The notes: a model not told the origin generated them from the letters alone. DNA of 64,000 nt from an uncultured Methylomirabilota bacterium (GCA_963705305.1 OY970067.1:3360001-3424000); one strand, 5' to 3'; numbered from the stretch's first letter, positions 7,997-18,605 are shown. Program-made: numbers and translations.

Positions 7997-9346
7997 ATGA
8001 GACGCTGTGGGTGTCGAGTGTCGGTCTTCGCAGCCGGCCTTGCGATGGCCGTCGGAATGGTGCTGGCCGGAACCCCCAGTTATGCCCAGAGCGCTCCGAG
8101 TGTCGACTGGCAGAAATACTCCGGCACGACGCTCCGGGTCATGCTGAACAGCCACCCGTGGCAGAAGTTCATCCAGCCGCTGATTCCGGAATTCGAAAAG
8201 CAGACCGGAATCCACGTCCAGCTCGAGGTGTACCCGGAGGACCAGTTCCGGCAGAAGCTGCTGCTGGATCTCTCGTCCGGATCGACCGCGGTCGATGCGT
8301 TCATGTTCATGCCGGCCCAGGACCTCGCGCTGTATCGGAAGGAGGGCTGGCTGGCGCCGGTCGACAGCTACCTGAATACTCCGGCGCTGACGGCGTCCAC
8401 GTTCGATTACCACGATTTCTTCGAAGGGGTGACCGCCCGGTATAACGTGGACGGGAAGACGTACGGGATCCCGCTCCATGTCGAGACGTTCATCCTGTTC
8501 TACCGGACGGACCTCTTCCAGAAGTACGGCCTGAAGCCGCCCGAGACGATGCAGCAGCTCGAGGGGGCGGCGAAGGCCCTCAAGGAGGATTTGGCCAAGA
8601 GCGGGGAGACGGGGATCGTCCCGATCGCCATGCGCGGCAAGACCCCCGACGCGACCAGCTCGATGGTGAATTTCCTCTTCTCCTACGGAGGGACCTGGTT
8701 CAACCCGAACGGCTCCTGCGCCCTGGACAGCGCCGCCTCGCAGCAGGCCCTGACTTACTACGCCGATCTGCTCCGGAACTACGGCCCGTCGGATGCCACC
8801 AGCAACAGCTGGCAGGTCGACACGGAGCTGTTCGCGCAGGGCCATGCGGCCATGATGTTTGACAGCAACGTGTTCAAGTCCATCGTGTCCAATCCGCAGT
8901 CCTCCAAGGTGGTCGGGCACGTGGGCTATGCCGCGCTGCCGGCGGGGCCGGACAACAATCGCCATCCGACCGTGCTGACATGGGGGCTCGGCATCAACGC
9001 GGCCTCCCAGCAGAAGGAGGCCGCCTGGTACTCCATCCAGTGGGCGCTCGGCCCGCAGAATCAGCTCGGCTACCTGGAGGCGGGGGGGCCTGCGGCCCGC
9101 GCCTCAGCCTGGAAGGATCCGCGGTTCCTGAGCAGCCCCGGCTACTCCAAAACCTGGGTGGACGTGTCCGAGCTCCAGTTCCGCATTGCGCGCGGCGACT
9201 GGAACCCTCCCGTCGTGAACGTCCAGGGCGGGCGGAACGCCTACGGATTGGCGATCGTCGGCGCCATCGAGGGAGGCCAGGTCCCCTCGCTCCTCACGCA
9301 GGCGTGCCAGGGCATGGACGAGGTCGTGAAAGAGTTTGGCAGATAA
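7997..9346 (+). CDS. Carbohydrate (CUT1) ABC transporter substrate-binding protein
   Basis: AAGGA RBS and signal peptide. EFEKQTGIHVQLE, YGIP...LFYRTDLFQKYGLKPPET, FAQGHAAM, VVGHVGYAALPAGP, GLGINAASQQKEAAW. Adjacent to two permeases. Confidence 0.93.
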   Translation: MRRCGCRVSVFAAGLAMAVGMVLAGTPSYAQSAPSVDWQKYSGTTLRVMLNSHPWQKFIQPLIPEFEKQTGIHVQLEVYPEDQFRQKLLLDLSSGSTAVDAFMFMPAQDLALYRKEGWLAPVDSYLNTPALTASTFDYHDFFEGVTARYNVDGKTYGIPLHVETFILFYRTDLFQKYGLKPPETMQQLEGAAKALKEDLAKSGETGIVPIAMRGKTPDATSSMVNFLFSYGGTWFNPNGSCALDSAASQQALTYYADLLRNYGPSDATSNSWQVDTELFAQGHAAMMFDSNVFKSIVSNPQSSKVVGHVGYAALPAGPDNNRHPTVLTWGLGINAASQQKEAAWYSIQWALGPQNQLGYLEAGGPAARASAWKDPRFLSSPGYSKTWVDVSELQFRIARGDWNPPVVNVQGGRNAYGLAIVGAIEGGQVPSLLTQACQGMDEVVKEFGR

Positions 9347-9355
9347 CCGGCATGA

Positions 9356-9383
9356 CGTCGGGAGGGGGCGGCCCCTCCCGACG
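9356..9383 (+). promoter_or_regulatory. Intercistronic hairpin after the SBP gene (probable mRNA stabiliser/attenuator)
   Basis: Perfect 12-bp stem CGTCGGGAGGGG / CCCCTCCCGACG with a GCGG loop and no U-tract, at the typical SBP-permease position. Confidence 0.6.
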
Positions 9384-9468
9384 CCCGGCCCGGCGCGCCC
9401 GGCCCGGTCGGGACCTCCGCTGAATGACCGGAATGGGCGTCGGGATCCGGAGACCGAGAGGAGTGGCG

Positions 9469-10344
9469 ATGCACGGAAACTGGCTTGACCGGAACCTGTC
9501 CTGGATTTTTCCCCTGCCGGCCGTCGTCGCGGTCCTGTTGCTGGTCGTCGGTCCGATCTTTGCGAACCTGGTGTTCAGCTTGCAGGCCCGCAGCTGGGGG
9601 GGCTTCCCGATCCCGCACTTCATTGGACTCGGCAACTACTGGGCCGCCGTCCAGGATCCACGCTTCTGGAATTCCGTCGCCAACATGTTCTATTTCACCG
9701 TGATTGCGGTGCCCGTGGAAGCCGTCCTGGGCCTCGCCGTGGCGCTCTTGCTCAACCGCAAGATCTTCCTGAAAGGACTCATCCGCACCTTGGTGCTCCT
9801 GCCCATGATTGCCACCCCCGTGGCGATCGGGCTCATTTGGGCGCTCATGATGAACCCCGAGCTCGGCATCCTGAACCACTTTCTCCAGGTGATCGGCCTG
9901 CCCCGCATCCTCTGGGCCACCTCGCCCACGCTGGCGATCCCGTCGATCGCCCTGGTGGACATCTGGGAATGGACGCCGTTCATGGCTTTGATCCTCCTCG
10001 CGGCCCTGCAGTCCCTGAGCAGCGAGCCGCTGGAGGCCGCCGCCATTGACGGCGCGAACGCGTGGCAGCGGCTGGTCCGGATCGTCATCCCCCTGATCCG
10101 CCCGGCGATCGTCATCGCCCTCATTCTCCGCACCATCGACGCGCTGAAGACCTTCGACATCATCTACGTCATCACCCAGGGCGGGCCGGGCACGGCCTCG
10201 GAAACGCTCAACGTCTTCGCGTTCAAGACCAGCTTCCTGTATCTCCGCGTGGGCTATGCGGCCTCGTTGCTCGTGGTCCTGGCGCTGACCGTCGTGGGGA
10301 CGGCCGCGTTCCTGAACATTTGGTCGAGAGGTGCCCAGGCATGA
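9469..10344 (+). CDS. Carbohydrate ABC transporter permease (MalF/UgpA-like)
   Basis: Multiple TM helices; FIGLGNY; EAA motif LEAAAIDGANAWQ; TQGGPGTASETL. Start chosen at the ATG after GAGGAG (9424 is an alternative). Confidence 0.93.
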   Translation: MHGNWLDRNLSWIFPLPAVVAVLLLVVGPIFANLVFSLQARSWGGFPIPHFIGLGNYWAAVQDPRFWNSVANMFYFTVIAVPVEAVLGLAVALLLNRKIFLKGLIRTLVLLPMIATPVAIGLIWALMMNPELGILNHFLQVIGLPRILWATSPTLAIPSIALVDIWEWTPFMALILLAALQSLSSEPLEAAAIDGANAWQRLVRIVIPLIRPAIVIALILRTIDALKTFDIIYVITQGGPGTASETLNVFAFKTSFLYLRVGYAASLLVVLALTVVGTAAFLNIWSRGAQA

Positions 10345-11192
10345 ACGCAGGGGTGGCGACACGACATCGCGGACGCAAAAAGTATCCGCAGGTTCGGGCG
10401 TGGCTCGCGGGTGCGGGGCTCTGGGTGGTGGTGCTGGTGCTGCTGTTCCCCTTCGTGTGGATGGTCCTGATGTCCCTGCGCAACCAGGTGCAGAACACCA
10501 GCGCGATCCCGGTATGGATCTTCGCGCCCACCCTCGAAAACTACCAGGCGGTGCTCCAGCAGCAGCATTTCCTCTCCTACACCTGGCATTCGTTCGTGGT
10601 GGCCATGCTGGCCACCGGCATCGGGCTCGTGATCGGCCTGCCGGCGGCCTACACGATCAGCCGGTACAGACAGCGCAAGCTGGCCTTCGCGATCCTGGCG
10701 GCCCGGATCACCCCCTACATCACGTTCCTGGTGCCGTGGTTCGCGGCGTTTCGCATCCTCCACCTGGTGGACACCTACACGGCGCTCGTCTCCACCTTCC
10801 TGATCGTGAGCCTCCCCCTGATCATCTGGCTCATGATCACGTTCTTCGACGACGTGCCGATGGAACTGGAGGAGGCGGCCAAGGTCGACGGAGCAGGAGA
10901 GGCCGAGGCGTTCGTGCGCATCGTGCTTCCGCTGTCGGGGCCGGGGATCGTGGCCGCGGCGATCCTGGCCTTCATTTTCAGTTGGAATCAGTTTCTCTTT
11001 GCCCTGGTCCTGTCGGGCGAGAACACGCAGACGGTGCCGGTGGCGGTTTTCAACTTCATCACCTATGGCGAGATCAACTACGGCGGTCTCGCCGCGGCAG
11101 CCGTGCTGATTACCCTGCCGGTGGTGGTCCTGGCGCTGTTCATCCAGCGGTGGATCGTGCAGGGGCTCACCATGGGTGCAGTCAAAGGATAA
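10341..11192 (+). CDS. Carbohydrate ABC transporter permease (MalG/UgpE-like)
   Basis: ATGA overlap with the upstream stop; PTLENY; EAA motif ELEEAAKVDGA; FIFSWNQFLFAL; C-terminal GLTMGAVKG. Confidence 0.93.
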   Translation: MNAGVATRHRGRKKYPQVRAWLAGAGLWVVVLVLLFPFVWMVLMSLRNQVQNTSAIPVWIFAPTLENYQAVLQQQHFLSYTWHSFVVAMLATGIGLVIGLPAAYTISRYRQRKLAFAILAARITPYITFLVPWFAAFRILHLVDTYTALVSTFLIVSLPLIIWLMITFFDDVPMELEEAAKVDGAGEAEAFVRIVLPLSGPGIVAAAILAFIFSWNQFLFALVLSGENTQTVPVAVFNFITYGEINYGGLAAAAVLITLPVVVLALFIQRWIVQGLTMGAVKG

Positions 11193-11255
11193 GGGGGCGC
11201 CAGCGCCGGCGTACGCGGTGCCGCTCATTCTGTGGTCCACAGACCAAAGGAGGCC

Positions 11256-13703
11256 ATGATGACACCTCCCGCCAAGCAACCAGCGGCAGCTCATGGAGAC
11301 ACGAGCCTCAGTGCCTACGGGCCGGCCCGCGCGACGATCGCCGGGACCCCGCTGAGCCCGGAGGAGCTCCGCCGGATCGACGCGTACTGGCAGGCCAGCC
11401 TCTACCTGTGCCTGGGGATGCTGTACCTCCGGGACAACCCCCTCCTCCGCGAGCCGCTCACGCTGGCGCACCTGAAGCCGCGGCTGCTGGGCCACTGGGG
11501 CTCGGATGCCGGCCAGGCCTTCACCTACATTCACTTCAACCGGCTCATCACCAAGTACGACCTGAACGCAATCTATATCTCCGGCCCCGGTCACGGGGCC
11601 CCGGCGGTCCTGGCCCAGGCCTACCTCGAGGGGACCTACGCCGAGATCTACCCCGACAAGAGCGAGGACCTGGCGGGGCTGCGGCGCTTCTTCAAGCAAT
11701 TCTCCTTTCCCGGGGGCATCGGCAGCCACGCCACCCCGGAAACGCCCGGCAGCCTCCACGAGGGGGGCGAATTGGGGTACAGCCTCTCCCACGCCTTCGG
11801 GACGGTCTTCGACCACCCGGATCTGATCGCCCTGGTGATGGTGGGCGACGGCGAGGCCGAGACCGGCCCCCTGGCCACCAGCTGGCACAGCAACAAGTTC
11901 CTCAACCCGATCACCGATGGGGCGGTCCTGCCGGTCCTGCATCTCAACGGCTACAAGATCAACAACCCCACCCTCCTGGCCCGCATCAGCCACGCGGAGC
12001 TGGAGGCGCTGTTCACGGGGTACGGGTACACCCCCTACTTCGTGGAGGGGAGCGACCCGCCGAGCATGCACCAGGCCATGGCCGCCACCCTGGAGCACTG
12101 CGTCCTGGCGATCCGCCAGGTCCAGGACGAGGCGCGGCCGACCGGCACGGCTGGCCGGCCGCGCTGGCCGATGATCGTCCTGCGGAGCCCCAAGGGCTGG
12201 ACGGCCCCCCGCGAGGTGGACGGCCACTACCTGGAAGGGTTCTGGCGGGCGCACCAGATCCCGCTCCCGGACGTCGCCACCAACCCGGCCCACCTGCACT
12301 TGCTGGAATCGTGGCTGCGCGGCTACCAGCCGGAGGCGCGCTTCGACCAGGACGGGCGGCTGATCCCCGAGCTGAAGGCCCTGGCCCCCACGGGGCCCCG
12401 GCGCATGAGCGCCAACCCCGTGGCCAACGGCGGCCTGCTGCGCCGGCCCCTGGACCTGCCGGACTTCCGGACGTTCGCCGTCGCGGTCAAGACCCCCGGC
12501 GGGACCCTGGCCGGGAACGTCCCCACCCTGGGCCTTTTCCTGCGGGACGTCATGCGATTGAACATGGACCGCTTCCGCCTCTTCGGGCCGGACGAGACCC
12601 AATCCAACAAGCTGGACGCCGTCTACGAGGTCGCCCCGAAGGTCTGGCTGGGGGAGGTCTTCCCGGAGGACGCCGACGGAGGCAATCTGGCCCCGCAGGG
12701 CCGGGTCATGGAGATGCTGAGCGAGCACACGGTGGAGGGGTGGCTGGAGGGCTACCTCCTGAGCGGCCGGCACGGCTTCATCAACAGCTACGAGCCGTTC
12801 ATCCACGTCATCGACTCCATGGTCAACCAGCACGCCAAGTGGCTGGAGAAGTGCAACGAGCTGCCCTGGCGCGCCAAGGTGGCGTCGCTCAACCTGCTGA
12901 TCACGGGGCTGGTCTGGCGGCAGGACCACAACGGCTTCACGCACCAGGATCCCGGCTTTCTGGATGTGGTCGTCAACAAGAGTCCGAGTGTCGTGCGCAT
13001 CTACCTGCCGCCCGACGCCAACTGCCTGCTGTCCGTGGCGGACCACTGCCTGCGCAGCCTGAACTACGTCAACGTCATCGTGGCGGACAAGCAGGTGCAC
13101 CTGCAGTACCTGGACCGGGAGGCGGCCGGGGCGCACTGCGCCAAGGGCGCCGGCATCTGGAGCTGGGCCAGCAACGACCAGGGGGCCGAGCCCGACGTGG
13201 TCATGGCGAGCTGCGGCAACGTCCCGACCATGGAGGCGCTGGCCGCCACGGCCCTGCTCCGCCAGCACCTGCCGGACATCACGGTGCGGTTCGTGAACGT
13301 CGTGGACCTGTTCAAGCTGGTGCCGCACACCGAGCATCCGCACGGGCTGACGGACCGCGAGTTCGGGGCCCTCTTCACCGCCACCAAGCCGGTGGTCTTC
13401 AACTTCCACTCGTACCCGTGGCTGATCCACCGGCTGACCTACCGGCGGCCCGGCCAGCACCACATCCACGTGCGCGGCTACAAGGAGAAGGGGAACATCA
13501 ACACGCCCCTGGAGCTGGCCATCCGCAATCAGACCGACCGCTTCAGCCTGGCCATCGACGCCATCGACCGGATCCCCCGCTTTGCCGAGACGGGGTCCGG
13601 CGTCCGCGAGGCGCTGCTCGACCAGCAGATCGCGTGCCTGCACCACGCCTACGAGTTCGGCGTGGATCGACCGGAGCTCACCGGCTGGACGTGGCCCTTC
13701 TGA
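11256..13703 (+). CDS. xfp: Xylulose-5-phosphate/fructose-6-phosphate phosphoketolase
   Basis: [41 protein letters not shown] motif [47 protein letters not shown]. Confidence 0.96.
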   Translation: MMTPPAKQPAAAHGDTSLSAYGPARATIAGTPLSPEELRRIDAYWQASLYLCLGMLYLRDNPLLREPLTLAHLKPRLLGHWGSDAGQAFTYIHFNRLITKYDLNAIYISGPGHGAPAVLAQAYLEGTYAEIYPDKSEDLAGLRRFFKQFSFPGGIGSHATPETPGSLHEGGELGYSLSHAFGTVFDHPDLIALVMVGDGEAETGPLATSWHSNKFLNPITDGAVLPVLHLNGYKINNPTLLARISHAELEALFTGYGYTPYFVEGSDPPSMHQAMAATLEHCVLAIRQVQDEARPTGTAGRPRWPMIVLRSPKGWTAPREVDGHYLEGFWRAHQIPLPDVATNPAHLHLLESWLRGYQPEARFDQDGRLIPELKALAPTGPRRMSANPVANGGLLRRPLDLPDFRTFAVAVKTPGGTLAGNVPTLGLFLRDVMRLNMDRFRLFGPDETQSNKLDAVYEVAPKVWLGEVFPEDADGGNLAPQGRVMEMLSEHTVEGWLEGYLLSGRHGFINSYEPFIHVIDSMVNQHAKWLEKCNELPWRAKVASLNLLITGLVWRQDHNGFTHQDPGFLDVVVNKSPSVVRIYLPPDANCLLSVADHCLRSLNYVNVIVADKQVHLQYLDREAAGAHCAKGAGIWSWASNDQGAEPDVVMASCGNVPTMEALAATALLRQHLPDITVRFVNVVDLFKLVPHTEHPHGLTDREFGALFTATKPVVFNFHSYPWLIHRLTYRRPGQHHIHVRGYKEKGNINTPLELAIRNQTDRFSLAIDAIDRIPRFAETGSGVREALLDQQIACLHHAYEFGVDRPELTGWTWPF

Positions 13704-13787
13704 CCCCATTCCGAGGATATCTCACCGCCAAGGCGCCAGGGGCGGTATGGTCGGAATGGGCAAAAGGCCATTGGATCCTGAGGGCGT

Positions 13788-14426
13788 ATGGGCTTGACCC
13801 TCTACTTCCTCCGCCACGGGGAGACGCAGGCCAGCCAGACCGGTGGGTTTTGCGGGGATCTGGATGTGGATCTCACCACCGAAGGGTTCCACATGGCGAG
13901 AGATTTTGCCGCCGCCTATCAAGCGCTGCCGTGGGCGGCGGTCTTTTGCAGCCCGCTGCGCCGCAGTGTGGATACCGCCAGGCCGTTGTGCGATGCGGTG
14001 GGCCTCGAGATGCAACTGCGAGACGGCCTGAAGGAAATCGCCTACGGACGGTGGGAGGGAAAGACCCCCGAGGAGGTGAACCGCCAGTTCCACGATGAAT
14101 ATGTGAGCTGGCTGGCTGACCCGGGTTGGTATGCACCTACCGGGGGGGAACGGGGGGTGGATGTGGCCCGACGCAGCTCGATGGTGCTGGATGAGATCGA
14201 ACGGGTGCACCCTACAGGCAATGTTCTGGTGGTATCCCACAAGGCCACGATCCGCATCATGCTGTGTTCCCTGCTGGGCATCGATGTGGGCCGCTATCGC
14301 GATCGCCTCGGCATGCCGGTGGCCTCGGTCGGCGTTGTGGAAATGACGGACCGGGGACCCTTGCTGAAGCTACTGGGGGATCGCTCGCACCTGCGGGAAA
14401 GCCTGCGCCTGCGGCCAGGCACGTGA
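13788..14426 (+). CDS. Histidine phosphatase family protein (phosphoglycerate mutase-like)
   Basis: RHGET, SPLRRS, LKEIAYGRWEG, PTGGE and LVVSH motifs. Confidence 0.92.
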   Translation: MGLTLYFLRHGETQASQTGGFCGDLDVDLTTEGFHMARDFAAAYQALPWAAVFCSPLRRSVDTARPLCDAVGLEMQLRDGLKEIAYGRWEGKTPEEVNRQFHDEYVSWLADPGWYAPTGGERGVDVARRSSMVLDEIERVHPTGNVLVVSHKATIRIMLCSLLGIDVGRYRDRLGMPVASVGVVEMTDRGPLLKLLGDRSHLRESLRLRPGT

Positions 14427-14543
14427 GGGCCGATTTTCCGCCAGGTGATTGTTCTGGTCCGGCCTTATACTGACTCTCGAATCCGGGTTGAATCCGTTAT
14501 GGGCCGACGCGCAGTGCATTCCAGGCTGAAGGAGACCATCACA

Positions 14544-17054
14544 ATGGCTGAACTCGCCATCATTACCGGGGATGAGGCCAAGGAAAAGAGCGTTGAGGAC
14601 CTGTTCACCCAACTCCACAGCAGCCCCCAGGGCTTGACCGGCGCCGAGGCTGCGAGGCGCCTGGCGCAGTATGGTCCGAACTCCATTCAAGAAAAGAAGG
14701 TGAACCCTCTCCTAAAATTCCTGAGTTATTTCTGGGGGCCCATCCCCTGGATGATCGAGGCCGCCGCGGTCCTGTCCGCCGTGGTGCGACACTGGGTGGA
14801 TCTGATCATTATTGCCGTGTTGCTGGTCTTCAACGCGGTCGTCGGATTCTGGCAGGAGTATCAGGCGGCCAGCGCGGTGGAAGCCTTGAAGAAACAATTG
14901 GCCCTGAAGGCCCGGGTCAAGCGCGACGGGACATGGCAGGAAGCCGACGCCGCGACGCTGGTGCCGGGGGATACCCTCCGCCTGCGCCTGGGGGACATCA
15001 TCCCGGCGGATGTCAAGCTCACCGAGGGCGACTACCTCAGCGTGGACCAATCGGCCTTGACTGGCGAGTCGCTTCCGGTGGATAAGAAAGCGGGAGATGT
15101 GGGCTACGCCGGCTCTGTGGCCAAGCAGGGGGAGATGGGGGCCCTGGTGACGGCCACGGGGGCAAATACGTACTTCGGCAAGACCGCCGGACTGGTCTCG
15201 TCGGCGAAGTCGGTCTCGCACTTCCAGAAGGCGGTCCTGACCATCGGGGATTATCTGATCTATCTCAGCTTGGGCCTGGCGACCCTGCTCGTCCTGACCA
15301 TGCTCCTCCGGGGGGCCTCCCTCTTTACCCTCTTCCAGTTCGCGCTGATCCTGATTGTGGCGTCCATCCCCGTGGCCATGCCTGCCGTCCTGTCCGTGAC
15401 CATGGCGATCGGCGCGGTCGTCCTGGCGCGGATGAAGGCGATCGTCACCCGGCTGGAGTCCATCGAAGAGATGGCCGGCATGGACATCCTCTGCTCGGAC
15501 AAGACCGGGACGCTGACCCAGAACAAGCTCACGCTCGGCGAGCCGGCACTCTTCGGCGCGAAGGATGTCCAAGAGCTGATTCTCGCCGGAGCCCTGGCCT
15601 CCAAGGGGGAGAATCGTGATGCCATCGACGCCGCGGTGCTTAAAGGGCTATCAGATCCAAAGGCATTGGATCGCTTCGAGCAGGTGAAGTTCGTCCCCTT
15701 CGATCCGGTGCACAAGCGCACCGAAGCGGAGATCACAGGTCGGGACGGGAAATCGTTCAAGGTCACCAAGGGAGCCCCGCAGGTGATCCTGGGCCTGTGT
15801 AACCCGGACAGGGAGCTGTCCGACAGGGTGAATGCCAAGGTGGACGCGTTCGCCAAGCAGGGCTCCCGCACCCTGGGAGTGGCCCGGGCCGACGACGGAT
15901 CCACCTGGCATTTCCTGGGCATTCTGCCCCTGTCGGATCCGCCCCGGGAGGACTCCGCCGACACCATCCGGCGGGCGGGCGAGCATGGAATCCAGGTCAA
16001 GATGGTCACCGGGGATAACCTGGCCATCGCCAAGGAGATCGCGTCCCAGCTTCACCTCGGAACAAACATTCACGTGGCGGAGGAATTTTTCGGCAAGGGT
16101 TCCGATCAGGGATCCATGTCCCCGAAACAGGCGGAACAGGTCGAGGCGGCAGAGGGTTTTGCGCAGGTCTTCCCGGAGCACAAGTTCGAAATCGTGAAAA
16201 CCCTCCAGGCGCGGGACCACATCGTCGGCATGACCGGCGACGGGGTGAACGACGCCCCGGCTCTCAAACAGGCCAATACGGGCATCGCCGTGAGCGGGGC
16301 GACCGACGCTGCCCGGGCGGCGGCGGCCCTGGTGCTGACGGCCCCGGGGCTGTCGGTCATCATCCAGGCGGTGGAGACCGCCCGAACGATCTTCGAGCGG
16401 ATGAACAGTTACGCCATCTACCGGATCACCGAAACGATCCGCATCATGTTCTTCGTGGTCCTGGCGATGATCGTCTTCCACTTCTACCCGATCACCACCA
16501 TCATGATCATCCTGCTGGCCCTGCTCAACGATTTACCCATCATGACCATCGCCTACGACAACACCTGGCTGGACCCCAAACCGGTGAAGTGGGAGATGCG
16601 GCGGGTCTTGACCGTGGCCACAGGGCTGGGGCTGATCGGCGTGGCGGAAACCTTCGGTCTCCTGGTCATCGCCATTCTGTGGTTGAAGCTCGACCAGGCC
16701 CAGATCCAGTCCTTCATCTATCTCAAACTGGCGGTGGCAGGTCACCTGACGCTCTTCGTGGCCCGCACCCGTCGCCCATTCTTCACCCGGCCGTACCCGG
16801 CACCCATACTTCTCATCGCCATTCTCGGCACCCAATTGATAGCGGCCATGATCGTGGGCTTCGGCTGGCTGGTGGCCCCGATTCCCTGGTCGTACGTGGG
16901 CCTGGTGTGGGGGTATTGTCTGGTTTGGATCTTCATCGAAGACTGGGCCAAGCTGCATATCTACCACCACCTGGCCCTGACCAGGAAGGAACACAGGGAC
17001 TTCCTGGACAGGGTCAAGGGGCATATGCACCCGCACGGCGCCATTCACCGCTAG
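14544..17054 (+). CDS. Plasma-membrane-type proton-efflux P-type ATPase (subfamily IIIA)
   Basis: AAGGAG RBS. FWGPIPWMIE, DQSALTGESLP, IPVAMPAV, CSDKTGTLT, PFDPVHKRT, KGAP, DPPR, MVTGD, MTGDGVNDAPALK. TM6 ALLNDLP and IAYD are characteristic of P3A H+ pumps. Confidence 0.93.
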   Translation: MAELAIITGDEAKEKSVEDLFTQLHSSPQGLTGAEAARRLAQYGPNSIQEKKVNPLLKFLSYFWGPIPWMIEAAAVLSAVVRHWVDLIIIAVLLVFNAVVGFWQEYQAASAVEALKKQLALKARVKRDGTWQEADAATLVPGDTLRLRLGDIIPADVKLTEGDYLSVDQSALTGESLPVDKKAGDVGYAGSVAKQGEMGALVTATGANTYFGKTAGLVSSAKSVSHFQKAVLTIGDYLIYLSLGLATLLVLTMLLRGASLFTLFQFALILIVASIPVAMPAVLSVTMAIGAVVLARMKAIVTRLESIEEMAGMDILCSDKTGTLTQNKLTLGEPALFGAKDVQELILAGALASKGENRDAIDAAVLKGLSDPKALDRFEQVKFVPFDPVHKRTEAEITGRDGKSFKVTKGAPQVILGLCNPDRELSDRVNAKVDAFAKQGSRTLGVARADDGSTWHFLGILPLSDPPREDSADTIRRAGEHGIQVKMVTGDNLAIAKEIASQLHLGTNIHVAEEFFGKGSDQGSMSPKQAEQVEAAEGFAQVFPEHKFEIVKTLQARDHIVGMTGDGVNDAPALKQANTGIAVSGATDAARAAAALVLTAPGLSVIIQAVETARTIFERMNSYAIYRITETIRIMFFVVLAMIVFHFYPITTIMIILLALLNDLPIMTIAYDNTWLDPKPVKWEMRRVLTVATGLGLIGVAETFGLLVIAILWLKLDQAQIQSFIYLKLAVAGHLTLFVARTRRPFFTRPYPAPILLIAILGTQLIAAMIVGFGWLVAPIPWSYVGLVWGYCLVWIFIEDWAKLHIYHHLALTRKEHRDFLDRVKGHMHPHGAIHR

Positions 17055-17214
17055 GCTGGCGACACCCGCCTCCTGGCAATGGGCGCGACTCATCCAGCCG
17101 GGACGTGTGTTCTCTGACCCGCCTGGCCGCGGGCCTCGGCTCCGCCCGCGCGATCCAGCGCGGATGGGAGGCGCTGTTTAACAAGAATAAGGAGGAGTAG
17201 AGGAGTCGACAATT

Positions 17215-17469
17215 ATGCCAGGGCCGGAGGTCGTCCCTGTCCACGTGGGAGCCCGCCAGTCGCCGCTCGTGGTGGCGGTATACATGGACGTGGCGATCCT
17301 GCGCGGACTCTGGGAGGGCCTCCCCACCACCCTGGTCCCCCTCGTGGCCTCGTGGGGGGACGTGTTGATCGGGCAGACGCTGGTCGGGACCATCGGTCTC
17401 GTGATCCTCTGGCGCCGCTGGCGGGAGGCCATGCGGCTCCAGCTCCTGCAGGAGGGCACGGCATGCTGA
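17215..17469 (+). CDS. Small hypothetical membrane protein
   Basis: Strong RBS region (AAGGAGG...GAGGAG), one hydrophobic segment, and a stop overlapping the start of the M50 protease. An alternative start lies at 17284. Confidence 0.45.
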   Translation: MPGPEVVPVHVGARQSPLVVAVYMDVAILRGLWEGLPTTLVPLVASWGDVLIGQTLVGTIGLVILWRRWREAMRLQLLQEGTAC

Positions 17470-18605
17470 GTCGCCACGCGGTTCCCGTGGGTCGGATCCT
17501 GGGGATCCCCATCGATCTCGACCCCTCCTGGTTCCTGATCATTGCGCTCCTCACCTGGATCCTGGCCGTGGGGTACTACCCGGCCGAGTTCCGGGGCTGG
17601 CCGAGCGCGGAGTACTGGATCGCGGGGGCCCTGACGGCCGGCCTCCTCTACGCGAGCGTCCTCCTGCACGAGCTCGGCCATTCCGTGGTTGCCCTCCGCT
17701 ACCAGATCCCGGTCCGGCGCATCACGCTCTTCATCTTCGGCGGCGTGGCGGAGATCGCCACCGAGCCCCCCAGTCCCACGGCCGAATTCTGGATCGCCCT
17801 CGCCGGGCCCGCCGTGAGCGCCTGCCTAGCCGCGGCCTTTTACGTGGGGGAGCCCCTCGTGCGGCACGCCTCGGCCCCCTTCGCCGTGGTCGAGTATATG
17901 GCCTACATCAACGGCGCCCTGGTGCTCTTCAACCTGATCCCCGGCTTCCCCCTGGATGGCGGGCGCATCTTCCGGGCCATCGTCTGGGGGCTCACCCGGA
18001 ACCTGGGCCGCGCGACCGTGATCGCCGGCAACGTCGGGCGGTTCTTCGGGTTCCTGTTCATCCTGGCCGGGGTGTGGCAGATCCTGGGAGGCGAGGTCGC
18101 CAACGGGCTCTGGATCGCCTTCATCGGCTGGTTCCTGGAGAGTGCCGCGGTGGCCCAGATCCAGCGCCAGAGGGTCCACGGGCTCTTCACCGGTCACACG
18201 GTGACCGAGGCCATGAGCCAGGGCTACCCGGAGATTGCGGATGACGCCGTCCTGCAGGAGCTCTGGGACGCCCACCTCCTTCGCGCGGGGCGGCGGAGCG
18301 TGGTCGTGAAAACCGGGGACGAGATGCGCGGGCTGCTGACCCTCCACGCGCTGCAAGCGGTGCCCCAGGCCCAGTGGCCGACGACCCCCGTGGCCCAGGT
18401 GATGATCCCGGTCGCCAAGCTGAAGCGGGTCCGGCCCGAGACGGATCTCGATGCCGCCCTGGGGGAGATGGACCGCGACGGGGTGAATCAGCTCCCGGTG
18501 ATGGCGGAGGGCCGGCTCCTGGGGATGCTCAGCCGCGAGGACCTGGTCGGCTTCCTCCGGCGGCTCCGACCGCCGGGTGGCGGGCCGTGGGGGCCGCGCC
18601 GCTAG
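17463..18605 (+). CDS. Site-2 protease (M50) with C-terminal CBS pair
   Basis: GIPIDLDPSW, HELGH zinc motif, LFIFGGVA, AGPAVS, FNLIPGFPLDGGR. C-terminal CBS domains (VTEAMS; QLPVMAEGRLLGMLSRED). Confidence 0.93.
   Translation: MLSRHAVPVGRILGIPIDLDPSWFLIIALLTWILAVGYYPAEFRGWPSAEYWIAGALTAGLLYASVLLHELGHSVVALRYQIPVRRITLFIFGGVAEIATEPPSPTAEFWIALAGPAVSACLAAAFYVGEPLVRHASAPFAVVEYMAYINGALVLFNLIPGFPLDGGRIFRAIVWGLTRNLGRATVIAGNVGRFFGFLFILAGVWQILGGEVANGLWIAFIGWFLESAAVAQIQRQRVHGLFTGHTVTEAMSQGYPEIADDAVLQELWDAHLLRAGRRSVVVKTGDEMRGLLTLHALQAVPQAQWPTTPVAQVMIPVAKLKRVRPETDLDAALGEMDRDGVNQLPVMAEGRLLGMLSREDLVGFLRRLRPPGGGPWGPRR

Noticed and set aside
10254..14098. Very long alternative ORFs (10254-13709 minus, 1151 aa; 10331-14098 plus, 1255 aa)
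   Set aside because: These are shadow frames of xfp and the permease caused by high GC3; they are Arg/Pro/Gly-rich or antisense mirrors with no motifs. The same applies to 26673-28760, 47911-50160 and most other overlapping ORFs.
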